A DNA stretch of 28,517 nt from Betaproteobacteria bacterium (GTDB taxonomy: Bacteria > Pseudomonadota > Gammaproteobacteria > Burkholderiales > Eutrophovitaceae), in NCBI GenBank assembly GCA_020354125.1, contig CP070643.1:2116474-2144990 (forward strand), in the 5' to 3' direction. A program made the translations under genes and the position numbers. The notes beneath the pieces were generated by a model. The model saw nothing but the letters and a program-made list of their open reading frames with translations, ran no database searches and had not been told where the DNA came from. Positions within the stretch are counted from its first letter, which is position 1. Each line of letters begins with the position of its first letter. Shown piece by piece: positions 17,126 through 25,894 of this stretch.

Positions 17126-18226
17126 GCCCTTAAACGTCCCAAAGGCTCTTCCGGCATGCTGGTTGAGCTGGAACACACTTCAAGAATTCTGAAAGTCAAT
17201 CCGCTGGGTGATCCTTATGTACGCAAGCTCGCGGTGTGGCTGCCGCCGGAATATGACAGTTCGACGCGCCGGCGCTTTCCGGTGCTATATGACCTGGCCG
17301 GCTTCACCGGGTCCGGTTTGGCACATACCAACTGGAAACCGTTCGGTGACAATGTGCCAGAGCGGGCGGCACGACTGATTCATGAGAAGAAGATGGGCCC
17401 GGTGATCGTGGTTTTTCCGGATTGCTTCACGGCATTCGGCGGCAATCAGTACATCAATTCATCTGCCATCGGCAATTACGCCGATTATCTGACGCGCGAG
17501 ATCGTGCCATTTGTCGATGGTGAGTTCCGAACCTTGGCAAGTCGTGAGCATCGCGGCTGCTTCGGCAAGTCATCTGGCGGATACGGTGCCATCATCCACG
17601 GCATGAAGTACGCGAATACCTGGGGTGCGATTGCCAACCACTCGGGCGATGCCTATTTCGACTTCGTGTACTGGGCCGATTGGCCAAATACGCTCAACGA
17701 GCTGGCGAAATACCGGGCGCAGAAGCGGCGAGCCGGTAAAGTCGACGTGCGCGCCACGTCTGGCCGAAAGGGGTTGGCGGAAGGGCTGGATGACGGGCGC
17801 ATCAAGCGTTTTCTCGAGAACGTCTGGAAAAAGGAAAAGCTCACGATGTCCGAAGGCCACTGTTTGATGAATATCTGCATGGCCGCAACTTACGATCCGG
17901 ATCGCCGCGCACCGCTCGGTTTTCGAGTGCCGTTCAACATGGAATCAGGGGAGATGATTCACCGGCGCTGGAACAAATGGCGCGACCATGATCCGATCTA
18001 CCTTGTCACGAAGCACCGCGCCAATCTGAAGACGCTGCGTGGCATCTATATCGACTGCGGCTGGCGTGACCAGTATCAGATTCATTACGGCGCGCGTATC
18101 CTTTCAAAACGTCTCGCTGCGGCGGGCGTGCGGCATGTCTATGAAGAATTCGATGACAACCATTCAGACATCGATTATCGAATGGACGTGAGTCTGCCGT
18201 TTCTGTACAAAGCCTTGAAGGCGTGA
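17123..18226 (+). CDS. putative esterase family protein (alpha/beta hydrolase, enterochelin/S-formylglutathione esterase-like)
   Basis: Motifs LAVWLPPEYD...RFPVLYDLAGFTGSG and GKSSGGYGA (G-x-S-x-G nucleophile elbow), about 360 aa. Start is ambiguous between ATG 17123 (inside the last repeat, no Shine-Dalgarno) and ATG 17156 (MLVELEH, AAAGG 13 nt upstream). Confidence 0.75.
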   Translation: MALKRPKGSSGMLVELEHTSRILKVNPLGDPYVRKLAVWLPPEYDSSTRRRFPVLYDLAGFTGSGLAHTNWKPFGDNVPERAARLIHEKKMGPVIVVFPDCFTAFGGNQYINSSAIGNYADYLTREIVPFVDGEFRTLASREHRGCFGKSSGGYGAIIHGMKYANTWGAIANHSGDAYFDFVYWADWPNTLNELAKYRAQKRRAGKVDVRATSGRKGLAEGLDDGRIKRFLENVWKKEKLTMSEGHCLMNICMAATYDPDRRAPLGFRVPFNMESGEMIHRRWNKWRDHDPIYLVTKHRANLKTLRGIYIDCGWRDQYQIHYGARILSKRLAAAGVRHVYEEFDDNHSDIDYRMDVSLPFLYKALKA

Positions 18227-18263
18227 GGCGTGACAAGAATACGCTGAGGAGTAAAGACGCGAC

Positions 18264-19277
18264 ATGATGATCCCGACCACACTGGCGACGCTCGGCCAAA
18301 TCGTGACCGGCATTATCGACATGTATGGTCTCGATTCCACTGCGATGCTCAAACGGCACGGTATCGATCCGGCATTGCTTCGCGATCCGGATGCAAGAAT
18401 TCCAAGCGGTGCCTGGGATGACGTTACGCGCGAGGCTGCCGAGCACATTCCCGACCCGGCGTTTGGTTTGCTGGCGGCCCGTTGCTGGCATCCGTCGAAT
18501 CTCGGCGCGCTCGGTTATGCGTGGCTGACAAGTTCGACCCTGCGTACCGCTCTTGGCCGCCTTGTACGCTACTGGCGTCTTCTGGGAGAAGCTTCATCAG
18601 GCCGATTGGATGAAACGTCAGCGGGATTGATGCTGGTTGTCGACAGGCAGGCGCCTGATCCGGCTACCAACGAAATCGTGGTCGATTTCGCTATGTCACT
18701 GGTGATGGATATGTGCCGAATGAATGCAGGCTCTACGCTGCGGCCGGCGGCGATCCACCTGCACCGTGCTCGACCCAAGGACAGAGGCGCCTACCGACGC
18801 TTTTACGGCTGTGCCGTGCACTTTGATGCCGACGAAGATGCGATTACGCTCTCGTATAAGGACGTTGATCGTACCTTGCCGAGTTCGAACCGCCAGATCG
18901 CCGCAACCATGGATCGGATCCTGGTCGAGCGGCTGGCCGAACTGGACAAGAGCGACGTAGTGGCGCGTTGCCAGGCGCACCTGCTCGAACAGCTTTCGTC
19001 TGGCGACGTTTCCGAGGACGCCATGGCGGAGCAGCTCCACATGAGCCGCCGCACGCTTCAGCGCAAGCTCGCCGACTCCGATCTGACCTACAAGCAACTG
19101 GTCGACGACACGCGGCGAGACCTGGCAATGCGCCACCTCGACGACCCCAGGCACTCGATCACTGACGTTACTTTTCTTTTGGGGTTCTCCCAGCAAAGCG
19201 CCTTTACGCGTGCATTCAAGCGCTGGACGGGCATGTCGCCCAGCGAGTACCGCGCACAGCGTTCCGTCTCGGCGTAG
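18264..19277 (+). CDS. AraC-family transcriptional regulator (N-terminal ligand-binding domain + C-terminal AraC HTH)
   Basis: C-terminal ...SITDVTFLLGFSQQSAFTRAFKRWTGMSPSEYR is a canonical AraC/XylS HTH. Confidence 0.85.
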   Translation: MMIPTTLATLGQIVTGIIDMYGLDSTAMLKRHGIDPALLRDPDARIPSGAWDDVTREAAEHIPDPAFGLLAARCWHPSNLGALGYAWLTSSTLRTALGRLVRYWRLLGEASSGRLDETSAGLMLVVDRQAPDPATNEIVVDFAMSLVMDMCRMNAGSTLRPAAIHLHRARPKDRGAYRRFYGCAVHFDADEDAITLSYKDVDRTLPSSNRQIAATMDRILVERLAELDKSDVVARCQAHLLEQLSSGDVSEDAMAEQLHMSRRTLQRKLADSDLTYKQLVDDTRRDLAMRHLDDPRHSITDVTFLLGFSQQSAFTRAFKRWTGMSPSEYRAQRSVSA

Positions 19278-19323
19278 TACCAAGTCCCCTGATCATCTGA
19301 AGCGACCGCCGGGCAAATCGGCG

Positions 19324-19350
19324 AAAAGGCGCGGCGCGCCCTTTTGTCGC
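19324..19350 (+). terminator. putative intrinsic terminator downstream of the AraC gene
   Basis: AAAAGGCGCGGCGCGCCCTTTTGTC: a GC-rich hairpin followed by a T-run. Confidence 0.4.
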
Positions 19351-19502
19351 ATGCAGGCAAATGGTTGACGTATCGGGTCAAGCATTTCTCTAGGTGCCGA
19401 CGCACACTTCGTTTGTCTGCCGGATTCCCGGCCGGCGGGCATTGGACATGACGCAACCGGAAGGAAGAGAGATCAGGAACGTTGGATTACGTGATTTTCA
19501 GG

Positions 19503-19748
19503 ATGTCGAGTGGCGAGGACGAGAGCAGTGTCGAGGCTCACGTGCTGGCGCGCGCTTACCGTGCGGCGTGGCGAGTGAAGAATCTGGGCGAGCCTAACGG
19601 TGCGCATCAGTTTGCCTCGCTGGACCTCGTGATTTGCTATGGCGGATGGGCGCCGCCGCAAGTCGCCATTTCGCGAGAGGATGTCCTGCCGACGGCACAA
19701 AGGTCAAGGATGCGGTGTGGCGGCAATGGAGAGGCAGATGACGACTGA
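19503..19748 (+). CDS. hypothetical small protein (first of three overlapping small ORFs)
   Basis: ORF 19482..19748; the nominal start is TTG and the first ATG is at 19503. Its stop TGA (19746-19748) overlaps the start region of the next ORF. No recognisable motif. Confidence 0.25.
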   Translation: MSSGEDESSVEAHVLARAYRAAWRVKNLGEPNGAHQFASLDLVICYGGWAPPQVAISREDVLPTAQRSRMRCGGNGEADDD

Positions 19749-19986
19749 ATTGTGGCTACGCATTCGGCGGCTGCTTCGAAGGCGTTCGCCGTCACGAGAA
19801 GTCGAGCGCATCGTTGCCGGCTGGCGTGCTGACGAAACAGTGCGAGACCACCGCCCAAGACGGCGGCGCGAGAGGCTCGATCTGATTGAGGGTTGGGTTT
19901 TGGAAGACACCGAACACGAACGCAATGGTACGAGACCGCGACCGAAAGGCGAAGAATCCAGGGATGGCGGAAATAAACCAAAATGA
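19726..19986 (+). CDS. hypothetical arginine-rich small protein
   Basis: Candidate starts MERQ (19726) or MTTELW (19738). Stop TGA 19984-19986 overlaps the ATG 19983-19985 of the next gene (ATGA coupling). Confidence 0.3.
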   Translation: MERQMTTELWLRIRRLLRRRSPSREVERIVAGWRADETVRDHRPRRRRERLDLIEGWVLEDTEHERNGTRPRPKGEESRDGGNKPK

Positions 19987-20381
19987 TTGTTTACATAGCG
20001 GGGCTCATCACCATGGGCGCCGCGGGATTCTTCATTGGCGGCGCCTGGACATCTTTTGCACTCGTGATTTCCTGGTCGGCTTTCGCCGCTTCATATTGGC
20101 AGTTTCAGACACGTAAAGCGCAGGCGCGACGTCAATCACACTTTACTTCACCCGCGCAGTACGCTGGCATTAATGAAATTTTTGATAGCCTGGGTGACAT
20201 TGCGCGCGAGCGCGAATGGGACATCGAAAAGCGACTCGAGATCGCCGGCCTGGCCTGCGAGCATCGCAACATGACGTTCGACGAGTTAGAACAGCTTTAC
20301 GATCGGGGAATCAGGTCCTCACTTGGCAAGAATCGCCGAACCTTTCCAGAATCACCAAATAGCGACGAAACCGATCAATAG
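19983..20381 (+). CDS. small membrane protein, hypothetical (132 aa)
   Basis: ATGA overlap with the preceding ORF. Two N-terminal hydrophobic helices (MIVYIAGLITMGAAGFFIGGAWTSFALVISWSAFAASYW). Confidence 0.45.
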   Translation: MIVYIAGLITMGAAGFFIGGAWTSFALVISWSAFAASYWQFQTRKAQARRQSHFTSPAQYAGINEIFDSLGDIAREREWDIEKRLEIAGLACEHRNMTFDELEQLYDRGIRSSLGKNRRTFPESPNSDETDQ

Positions 20382-20920
20382 ACACGTTAGTAAACCAAGC
20401 GACGTTGCTGACACCCGCGCCAAGCGAAACATCTGATCCAATCCGTCAGTCGACGCAGTGCATAATCGCGGTGTCGCCGATCTGATCGGGTCGACTATTC
20501 GGCCACACTTGCGTTTGACTGGCGCCTGGCGGTGGTTGCCACTGGCGCCACCGGGCTTGGTGCTCGCCCGCAGCTCGGCTTCCTGGCTCTCGCTTGCAGT
20601 CGTATTCGGTTTTCTGCTATTCATCCTTCTTGTCAAGGAGTATGTGGCCGCCGGCCTGTTCGTTCCGGGAATGGTTGTGATAGCGACGCGGGCCTGAATG
20701 CCCCGCGATTGCGTGGCGCCGTGCCAGCCAGGACGAGCTGGATGGGATCACGGGATGCGATGCCTTTCCTGCTCCTGAGGTTCGCCATGGGACTATCGCA
20801 GGCTGGGCGGCTGACAGTCCTGATACTGGGTTGCCTGCTTGCCTATTTCTGAGTTCTCTCGCGGTCAAGAAGAGCCGGACGACTCGAGCCAAACTCGAAT
20901 AATCATAGAAAGGGACAGAT

Positions 20921-21328
20921 ATGGCGATTACCGATGATACTCACAGCAAGTCAATCGGTTACATTCTCTGGATCTTCGGTTTCATGGGCTCGCACCGCTT
21001 CTACTACGGCCGGCCGATAACCGGCACTATCTGGTTCTTCACGCTCGGCTTGTTGCTCATTGGTTGGATCGTGGACCTGTTTCTCATTCCGGCAATGGAC
21101 CGCGAGGCCGACTTTCGCTATGTGACCGGCGACAAGAACTACAATATCAGCTGGATTTTGTTGACTTTTCTCGGGATCTTTGGCGCTCACCGTTTCTACC
21201 TTGGCAAGTGGGTGACCGGACTGGTGTGGTTTTTTACCGGGGGACTATTTCTGCTTGGTTACCTGTACGACTACTTGACGTTGAACGAGCAGATAGACGC
21301 GATCAACAGACGTCACCGCCTGGTATGA
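20921..21328 (+). CDS. TM2 domain-containing membrane protein (two TM2 repeats)
   Basis: Duplicated GSHRFYYG / GAHRFYLGK motifs within hydrophobic helices. AAAGGGA Shine-Dalgarno upstream. Confidence 0.75.
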   Translation: MAITDDTHSKSIGYILWIFGFMGSHRFYYGRPITGTIWFFTLGLLLIGWIVDLFLIPAMDREADFRYVTGDKNYNISWILLTFLGIFGAHRFYLGKWVTGLVWFFTGGLFLLGYLYDYLTLNEQIDAINRRHRLV

Positions 21329-21393
21329 GGTTAGCTTGGCTTACCGATTACTGAGGTTTATTGATGACGGATGAAATGTTCGGAAGGAGCAGC

Positions 21394-22002
21394 ATGTCAA
21401 GAATAATCATGGTCTTGGCGATCATGTTCATGGCAACCCCAGCCGTCGCTGCGGGCAAAGACAAGGCACTCACTTTGTATGGTGGTTATCGCGATGGTGG
21501 CCGCTTTACCGATGAGATATCTGGGCAACGCCTGGAGGTGGAGGGAAGCGGTGCGGTTTCGTTGGCGTATGACTTTGCAAAGGACGCGTCGCGTGCGTAT
21601 CAGATCTTCCTGAGCCATCAACGAAGCGATTTGTCGCTAAAGAACGTCCCGGCTGCTACCAGTGAGTCGATCGGGATGAACATCACTTATCTGCATATCG
21701 GTGGCACCAACTTCTGGCAGAGCAGGCTTGGCAAAGGATGGTATGTGGTTGGTGGCCTTGGCGCGACGTTCTTTGATCCGGGTGAAGGTTTCGACAGTGA
21801 ACTGCGTGCGTCGGGCAACCTCGGTTTTGGATATGAGCAACCACTGGGAAAGACCTTCGGGTTGCGTTTCGAGGCGCGCGGCTATGCCACCTTGGTCAAC
21901 AGCAGCGGTGGTTTCTTTTGCTCGGGCGGATGTATCGTGTCCATCAGCGGCGAGGTATTCACGCAAGGCGAGCTGATGCTGGGATTATCGGCTCGGTTTT
22001 GA
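21394..22002 (+). CDS. outer-membrane beta-barrel protein (OmpA-like beta-barrel domain, porin family)
   Basis: GGAAGGAG Shine-Dalgarno 5 nt upstream of ATG 21394. Signal peptide MSRIIMVLAIMFMATPAVAAG; alternating amphipathic pattern; C-terminal ...LGLSARF (terminal Phe). Confidence 0.7.
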   Translation: MSRIIMVLAIMFMATPAVAAGKDKALTLYGGYRDGGRFTDEISGQRLEVEGSGAVSLAYDFAKDASRAYQIFLSHQRSDLSLKNVPAATSESIGMNITYLHIGGTNFWQSRLGKGWYVVGGLGATFFDPGEGFDSELRASGNLGFGYEQPLGKTFGLRFEARGYATLVNSSGGFFCSGGCIVSISGEVFTQGELMLGLSARF

Positions 22003-22054
22003 CGGTTGGTCACTCGGCGCTCGTTCACCAGGATTTCGGTTGTAACATCTGGCT

Positions 22055-22804
22055 GTGATGAGAATCGATACTGTACGGGATTGGGTGAGCTCAGCGCAGC
22101 GCGCCGTCATGTTGACGGGCGCTGGGATTTCGACCGAATCGGGCATTCCCGATTTCCGCGGACCGCAGGGGGTCTGGACTAAGGACCCGCTGGCAGAGAA
22201 ACTTTCCAACATCCAGTACTACATGTCCGACCCGGAGGTGCGCAAAGCCTCCTGGCGATCGCGACTAGAACACCCTGCGTGGGAGGCAAGGCCGAACACC
22301 GGTCATATGGCACTCGCGGAACTGGAGCAACGAGGAAAGTTGCACGCATTGATTACGCAGAACATCGATGGTTTGCACCAGATGGCGGGCAACTCTCCGG
22401 ACAAAGTCATCGAAGTGCACGGCACAGTGCGCGAAGTCGTGTGCATGGCGTGTGCTGCACTCACGCCAATGCAAGCGACTCTCGATCGGGTACGGGCTGG
22501 CGAAGAAGATCCGCGCTGTCTCGATTGCGGTGGAATACTGAAGAGTGCAACCATTTCGTTCGGACAGGCATTGGTGCCAGAGGTGATTGACCGCGCGATG
22601 AATGCGGCTGCCGAGGCCGATTTGTTCTTTGCGATTGGAACCAGTTTGCAGGTCTATCCGATTGCCGGCGCGCTGCCCGCGGCGCACACGGCCGGAGCGC
22701 GGATCGTCATCGTCAATGCTCAGCCGACACCTTTCGATGACATTGCTGACGCCGTGTACCGGGAAGCGATTGGCAAGGTGCTACCGCAGCTGTTCTCCCC
22801 CTGA
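22055..22804 (+). CDS. cobB: NAD-dependent protein deacylase, Sir2 family (CobB/sirtuin)
   Basis: Canonical GAGISTESGIPDFRGPQGVW motif, QNIDGLH, and a Zn-binding cysteine cluster CxxC...CxxC. Confidence 0.85.
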   Translation: MMRIDTVRDWVSSAQRAVMLTGAGISTESGIPDFRGPQGVWTKDPLAEKLSNIQYYMSDPEVRKASWRSRLEHPAWEARPNTGHMALAELEQRGKLHALITQNIDGLHQMAGNSPDKVIEVHGTVREVVCMACAALTPMQATLDRVRAGEEDPRCLDCGGILKSATISFGQALVPEVIDRAMNAAAEADLFFAIGTSLQVYPIAGALPAAHTAGARIVIVNAQPTPFDDIADAVYREAIGKVLPQLFSP

Positions 22805-22883
22805 TCTGCCTGCGTGCACTTGCGCTCGCTCGTTACAATAAGCCGACATCACACCGGTTCACATCACATCATGGAGGCGGAAG

Positions 22884-23303
22884 ATGAGCGAGATTACCAA
22901 GAACGATATCTTCAATGCCGGCCTGGAGTTGCGGCGCGAGGTACTCGGCGACGAGTATGTTGATCGCGCATTCGCAGTGAAGGACGAGTTCAGCGACGCT
23001 TTGCAGGACTACATCACTACTCATGCATGGGGTGCGGTGTGGGCCCGGCGCGGCGATGACGGCGAGCTCACCTTGCCGAAGAAGACGCGTTCGATTATGA
23101 ACCTGGCGATGCTGGCGGCGATCAACCGGCCCCATGAACTTGAAATACATCTTCGAGGCGCCATCAACAACGGTGTGACCAAGAAAGAGATGTTGGAGAT
23201 TTTTCTGCACGTTGCGACGTATGCCGGGGCCCCGGCACTACTCGATGGAGTGCGTATCGCTCGCAAGGTTTGGGCAGAACAAGAGCAGGCCGGTATCGCC
23301 TAA
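22884..23303 (+). CDS. carboxymuconolactone decarboxylase (CMD) family protein
   Basis: GGAGG Shine-Dalgarno. Motif ..ITTHAWGAVWARRG...LEIHLRGAINNGVTKKEMLEIFLHVATYAGAP typical of gamma-CMD/AhpD-like fold proteins. Confidence 0.8.
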   Translation: MSEITKNDIFNAGLELRREVLGDEYVDRAFAVKDEFSDALQDYITTHAWGAVWARRGDDGELTLPKKTRSIMNLAMLAAINRPHELEIHLRGAINNGVTKKEMLEIFLHVATYAGAPALLDGVRIARKVWAEQEQAGIA

Positions 23304-23368
23304 ACTTGGCTTTTCCGGGCCGGATTGTACGATCCGTTTGGTAAACCGAAAAAACAAGGGGTAAACGT

Positions 23369-23794
23369 ATGGGCGAAGCAATTGCATTTGACCATGTCCA
23401 TCTAATTAGCCGCGACCCGCAAGCTGCGGCGAAGTGGTATCAGGAAATGTTCGGCGGCAAGGTCACCGCAGTTCAGGAGAATCTGCGCGGCGCACCGCAG
23501 ATCGATGTACGCGTTGGTGGTATGACCATTGTCATTCGTGGCCAAAGGCCGGGCGAGGAACCTATCGACACCAAACCGATGCAACACTTTGATGGATTCT
23601 CGAGTCACGATGAATGGGGGACGGACCATTTCGGCTTCACCTATCGCGGCGACCTGATGGCGTTCTGCGACGAGTTGAAGAAGAAAGGCGTGCAAATGGC
23701 GGTCGAGCCTTGGGAATTCAAACCCGGCATGGTGTTGTGCTATGTCGCAGCGCCCGATGGTGTAAGCATTGAACTAATTCAGGCCAGTGACTGA
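23369..23794 (+). CDS. VOC (glyoxalase/bleomycin-resistance/extradiol dioxygenase) family protein
   Basis: FDHVHLISRDPQAAAKWYQEMFG N-terminal beta-alpha-beta-beta-beta module. AAGGGG Shine-Dalgarno. Confidence 0.75.
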   Translation: MGEAIAFDHVHLISRDPQAAAKWYQEMFGGKVTAVQENLRGAPQIDVRVGGMTIVIRGQRPGEEPIDTKPMQHFDGFSSHDEWGTDHFGFTYRGDLMAFCDELKKKGVQMAVEPWEFKPGMVLCYVAAPDGVSIELIQASD

Positions 23795-23900
23795 CTTCGT
23801 TGAAGTTCTGATGCGATGTCGGCGTGTCAAGCGCATTATGTTCTGAGAACGCGTTCGTTTTGTTCGCTGCCAAGAGACAGTCGCCTTGTAGTATCCCGTT

Positions 23901-24875
23901 ATGAGACTGCTGTTCGAGCTCAATAAGTCACCAGTGGGGCGGATGCTCGCACAGATTTTGAGCTCTCGCGGTGGCGGGACCTGCTTGTGTGTGATCGGGG
24001 TGATGTGCTGGTTTCACGGAACCGCAACCGCGCAGGAAATGACCCCGCGGGCTTATTGGCCGGCACCTTACGGAACGAAGCTTGTTGGCTTGGGTTATGG
24101 CTACCAGACTGGCGATATCGTGACCGATCCTTCGTTACCGCTCGTCGGAGTCGACTCGACGATTCACAACGGCACTGTTTTCTATCAGCAGACCATCAGC
24201 CTCGCCGGGCGAACCACCAACGTTCAGTTCGAAGTGCCTTATGTCGACGGAACCACAAAAGGCACGTTTGAGGGGCAACCGGCATCGGCTAACGTCAGTG
24301 GCCTGGGCGATGTGAGAGCGACAATAGCTGTGAACCTGGTGGGGGCGCCGTCGATGACAGGGGAAGAATTTCAGGCATTTCGTCAAAACCCCAAACCGAT
24401 TGTTGCGACCAGTCTCAAGGTTGTTGCGCCGACAGGAGAATATGAAGCGGACAAGCTTGTCAATGTCGGTACTAACCGGTGGGCTGCAAAAATAAAGCTA
24501 GGCTACCTCCAGCCGATGCCAAAAAAAACGGTCCTCGAGTTGGCTGCAGGGGTATGGTTTTTCGAGGATAACGATGAATTCCTCGGCACGACGCGCGAAC
24601 AGCAGCCGCTCACTGCGCTCGATCTGCATCTGGTGAAGCGGTTCAGACCGGGATTCTGGGGATCAATCGATGCAAACTATTACTTTGGGGGGCGGACTAC
24701 AGTTGGCGGTACCGAGCGTGCCGATTTTCAACGCAACTCGCGTCTGGGTGTCTCACTTGTTTATCCATTCAAACGCCGACATGCTGTCAAGGTCAGCTTC
24801 AGTGGCGGTCTCGTCACGGAATCCGGTGGCGATTACAACACGCTCGTTCTGAACTATTTCTATCGCCTCGAGTAA
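23901..24875 (+). CDS. outer-membrane channel, 'MetA-pathway of phenol degradation'-like transporter family
   Basis: N-terminal hydrophobic signal-like region, beta-strand-rich sequence, C-terminal aromatic-rich ...LNYFYRLE. I recall this family from similar ..PYVDG..G..GLGD.. proteins. Start could be ATG 23943 instead. Confidence 0.55.
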   Translation: MRLLFELNKSPVGRMLAQILSSRGGGTCLCVIGVMCWFHGTATAQEMTPRAYWPAPYGTKLVGLGYGYQTGDIVTDPSLPLVGVDSTIHNGTVFYQQTISLAGRTTNVQFEVPYVDGTTKGTFEGQPASANVSGLGDVRATIAVNLVGAPSMTGEEFQAFRQNPKPIVATSLKVVAPTGEYEADKLVNVGTNRWAAKIKLGYLQPMPKKTVLELAAGVWFFEDNDEFLGTTREQQPLTALDLHLVKRFRPGFWGSIDANYYFGGRTTVGGTERADFQRNSRLGVSLVYPFKRRHAVKVSFSGGLVTESGGDYNTLVLNYFYRLE

Positions 24876-24940
24876 GCACCGCCTCGATTAAGTATCGCCT
24901 CGAGTAAGCACCGCCTCGATTAAGTATTGCCTCGATTGAT
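24861..24940. repeat. 16-nt tandem repeat array, about 5 copies, overlapping the stop codon of the preceding outer-membrane gene
   Basis: Copies read in order: TATCGCCTCGAGTAAG, CACCGCCTCGATTAAG, TATCGCCTCGAGTAAG, CACCGCCTCGATTAAG, TATTGCCTCGATTGAT. The gene's TAA (24873-24875) lies inside copy 1. Confidence 0.75.
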
Positions 24941-24981
24941 TCATCTCGTCGACTGACGCTAGGGTAGCGAAGCTTTCTGGC

Positions 24982-25575
24982 TTAACCTTCGAGGCCGTCT
25001 GCTGTGTCCGGTTCGCTGGCTCGCTTGCCCCAGAAACTGATGTCAATGTCGTAGCTGACAACGCTATCCAGCACCTCCCACTCCTTGATGTCGAAGCGGA
25101 CGAACGACAGCGTCCTGATGGGAAACTTCGAGTCGACGATTGCGAGAGCTGCCTCGCGTGCGCGGGAATCATCGACTTTCGGACCGGTCCCGGTTTTGGA
25201 GCGGCCGACGTACAGCCGGAGTGAGTCAGCGGCGAGTTTTCCGTCGAATCCGGCTGGCTTCAAGGTAACGCCTGACTGCTTCGGAACTGTGGTGTCAACA
25301 ATGAACGAACCGGAATATCGCTCGCTCAACGACGGTGTTTCGAACGGCGTGACAATCACACCGCCTGCGTCACTCCAATTGGTTTCCGGCGAGTTGGACA
25401 GAACGACATAGAAATCGCGCAGCAACGGGGCGTCAGCGCTGCTAAAGCTGACAGCCTCACTGTAGTTTTGCTCGTACAGAAGAACCGCACCTTCCTGGGC
25501 CACTGTCGAACTGAACAAAACGACTGGTAGTCCCAGAGTACAGACGCGGCCCACACGCGTCGTCAAGAACCTCAT
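24982..25575 (-). CDS. secreted hypothetical protein (197 aa)
   Basis: Sec-type N-terminus MRFLTTRVGRVCTLGLPVVLFSSTVAQEG. No catalytic motif recognised. Confidence 0.5.
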   Translation of the reverse strand: MRFLTTRVGRVCTLGLPVVLFSSTVAQEGAVLLYEQNYSEAVSFSSADAPLLRDFYVVLSNSPETNWSDAGGVIVTPFETPSLSERYSGSFIVDTTVPKQSGVTLKPAGFDGKLAADSLRLYVGRSKTGTGPKVDDSRAREAALAIVDSKFPIRTLSFVRFDIKEWEVLDSVVSYDIDISFWGKRASEPDTADGLEG

Positions 25576-25844
25576 GCTCCCCTCCCTTACGGTCCCGCCT
25601 GACTGCTTTTCTTTGCTTTTGTCACCGGGAATTTACGCCGTTCTGGAGGCGAGTCAACCTGTAGAGATTTCGTCAACTGGAAGTTACTTTAACTTGTCAG
25701 GCTAAGCTGGTATCTGGACGTGAATTGGATGAACACTGCTCATACAGACGTCTGCAAAGATAAGCGCGTTCTTCAGCATTTCTACGCCCTAGTTTGACTT
25801 TGCAGGATGATTGCGGTCGGCACGATCGCTTCCGAAATGAGCAC

Positions 25845-25875
25845 AAAAAAAAGGCCGAAGGTAATACCTTCGGCC
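25845..25875 (-). terminator. rho-independent terminator for the SPFH gene
   Basis: On the minus strand: AGGCCGAAGG-tatta-CCTTCGGCCT hairpin followed by an 8-nt U-run (plus-strand A-run 25845-25852), 20 nt after the stop codon at 25895. Confidence 0.7.
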
Positions 25876-25894
25876 TGTCAACTTGGGTCGCCGG

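Noticed and set aside
20458-20892. ORFs 20458..20697 (+), 20532..20852 (+), 20352..20636 (-), 20617..20892 (-) in the 540-bp gap before the TM2 gene
   Set aside because: They are mutually overlapping with no Shine-Dalgarno and low-complexity products. 20458..20697 has one hydrophobic stretch and could be a tiny membrane peptide, but support is too weak to call.
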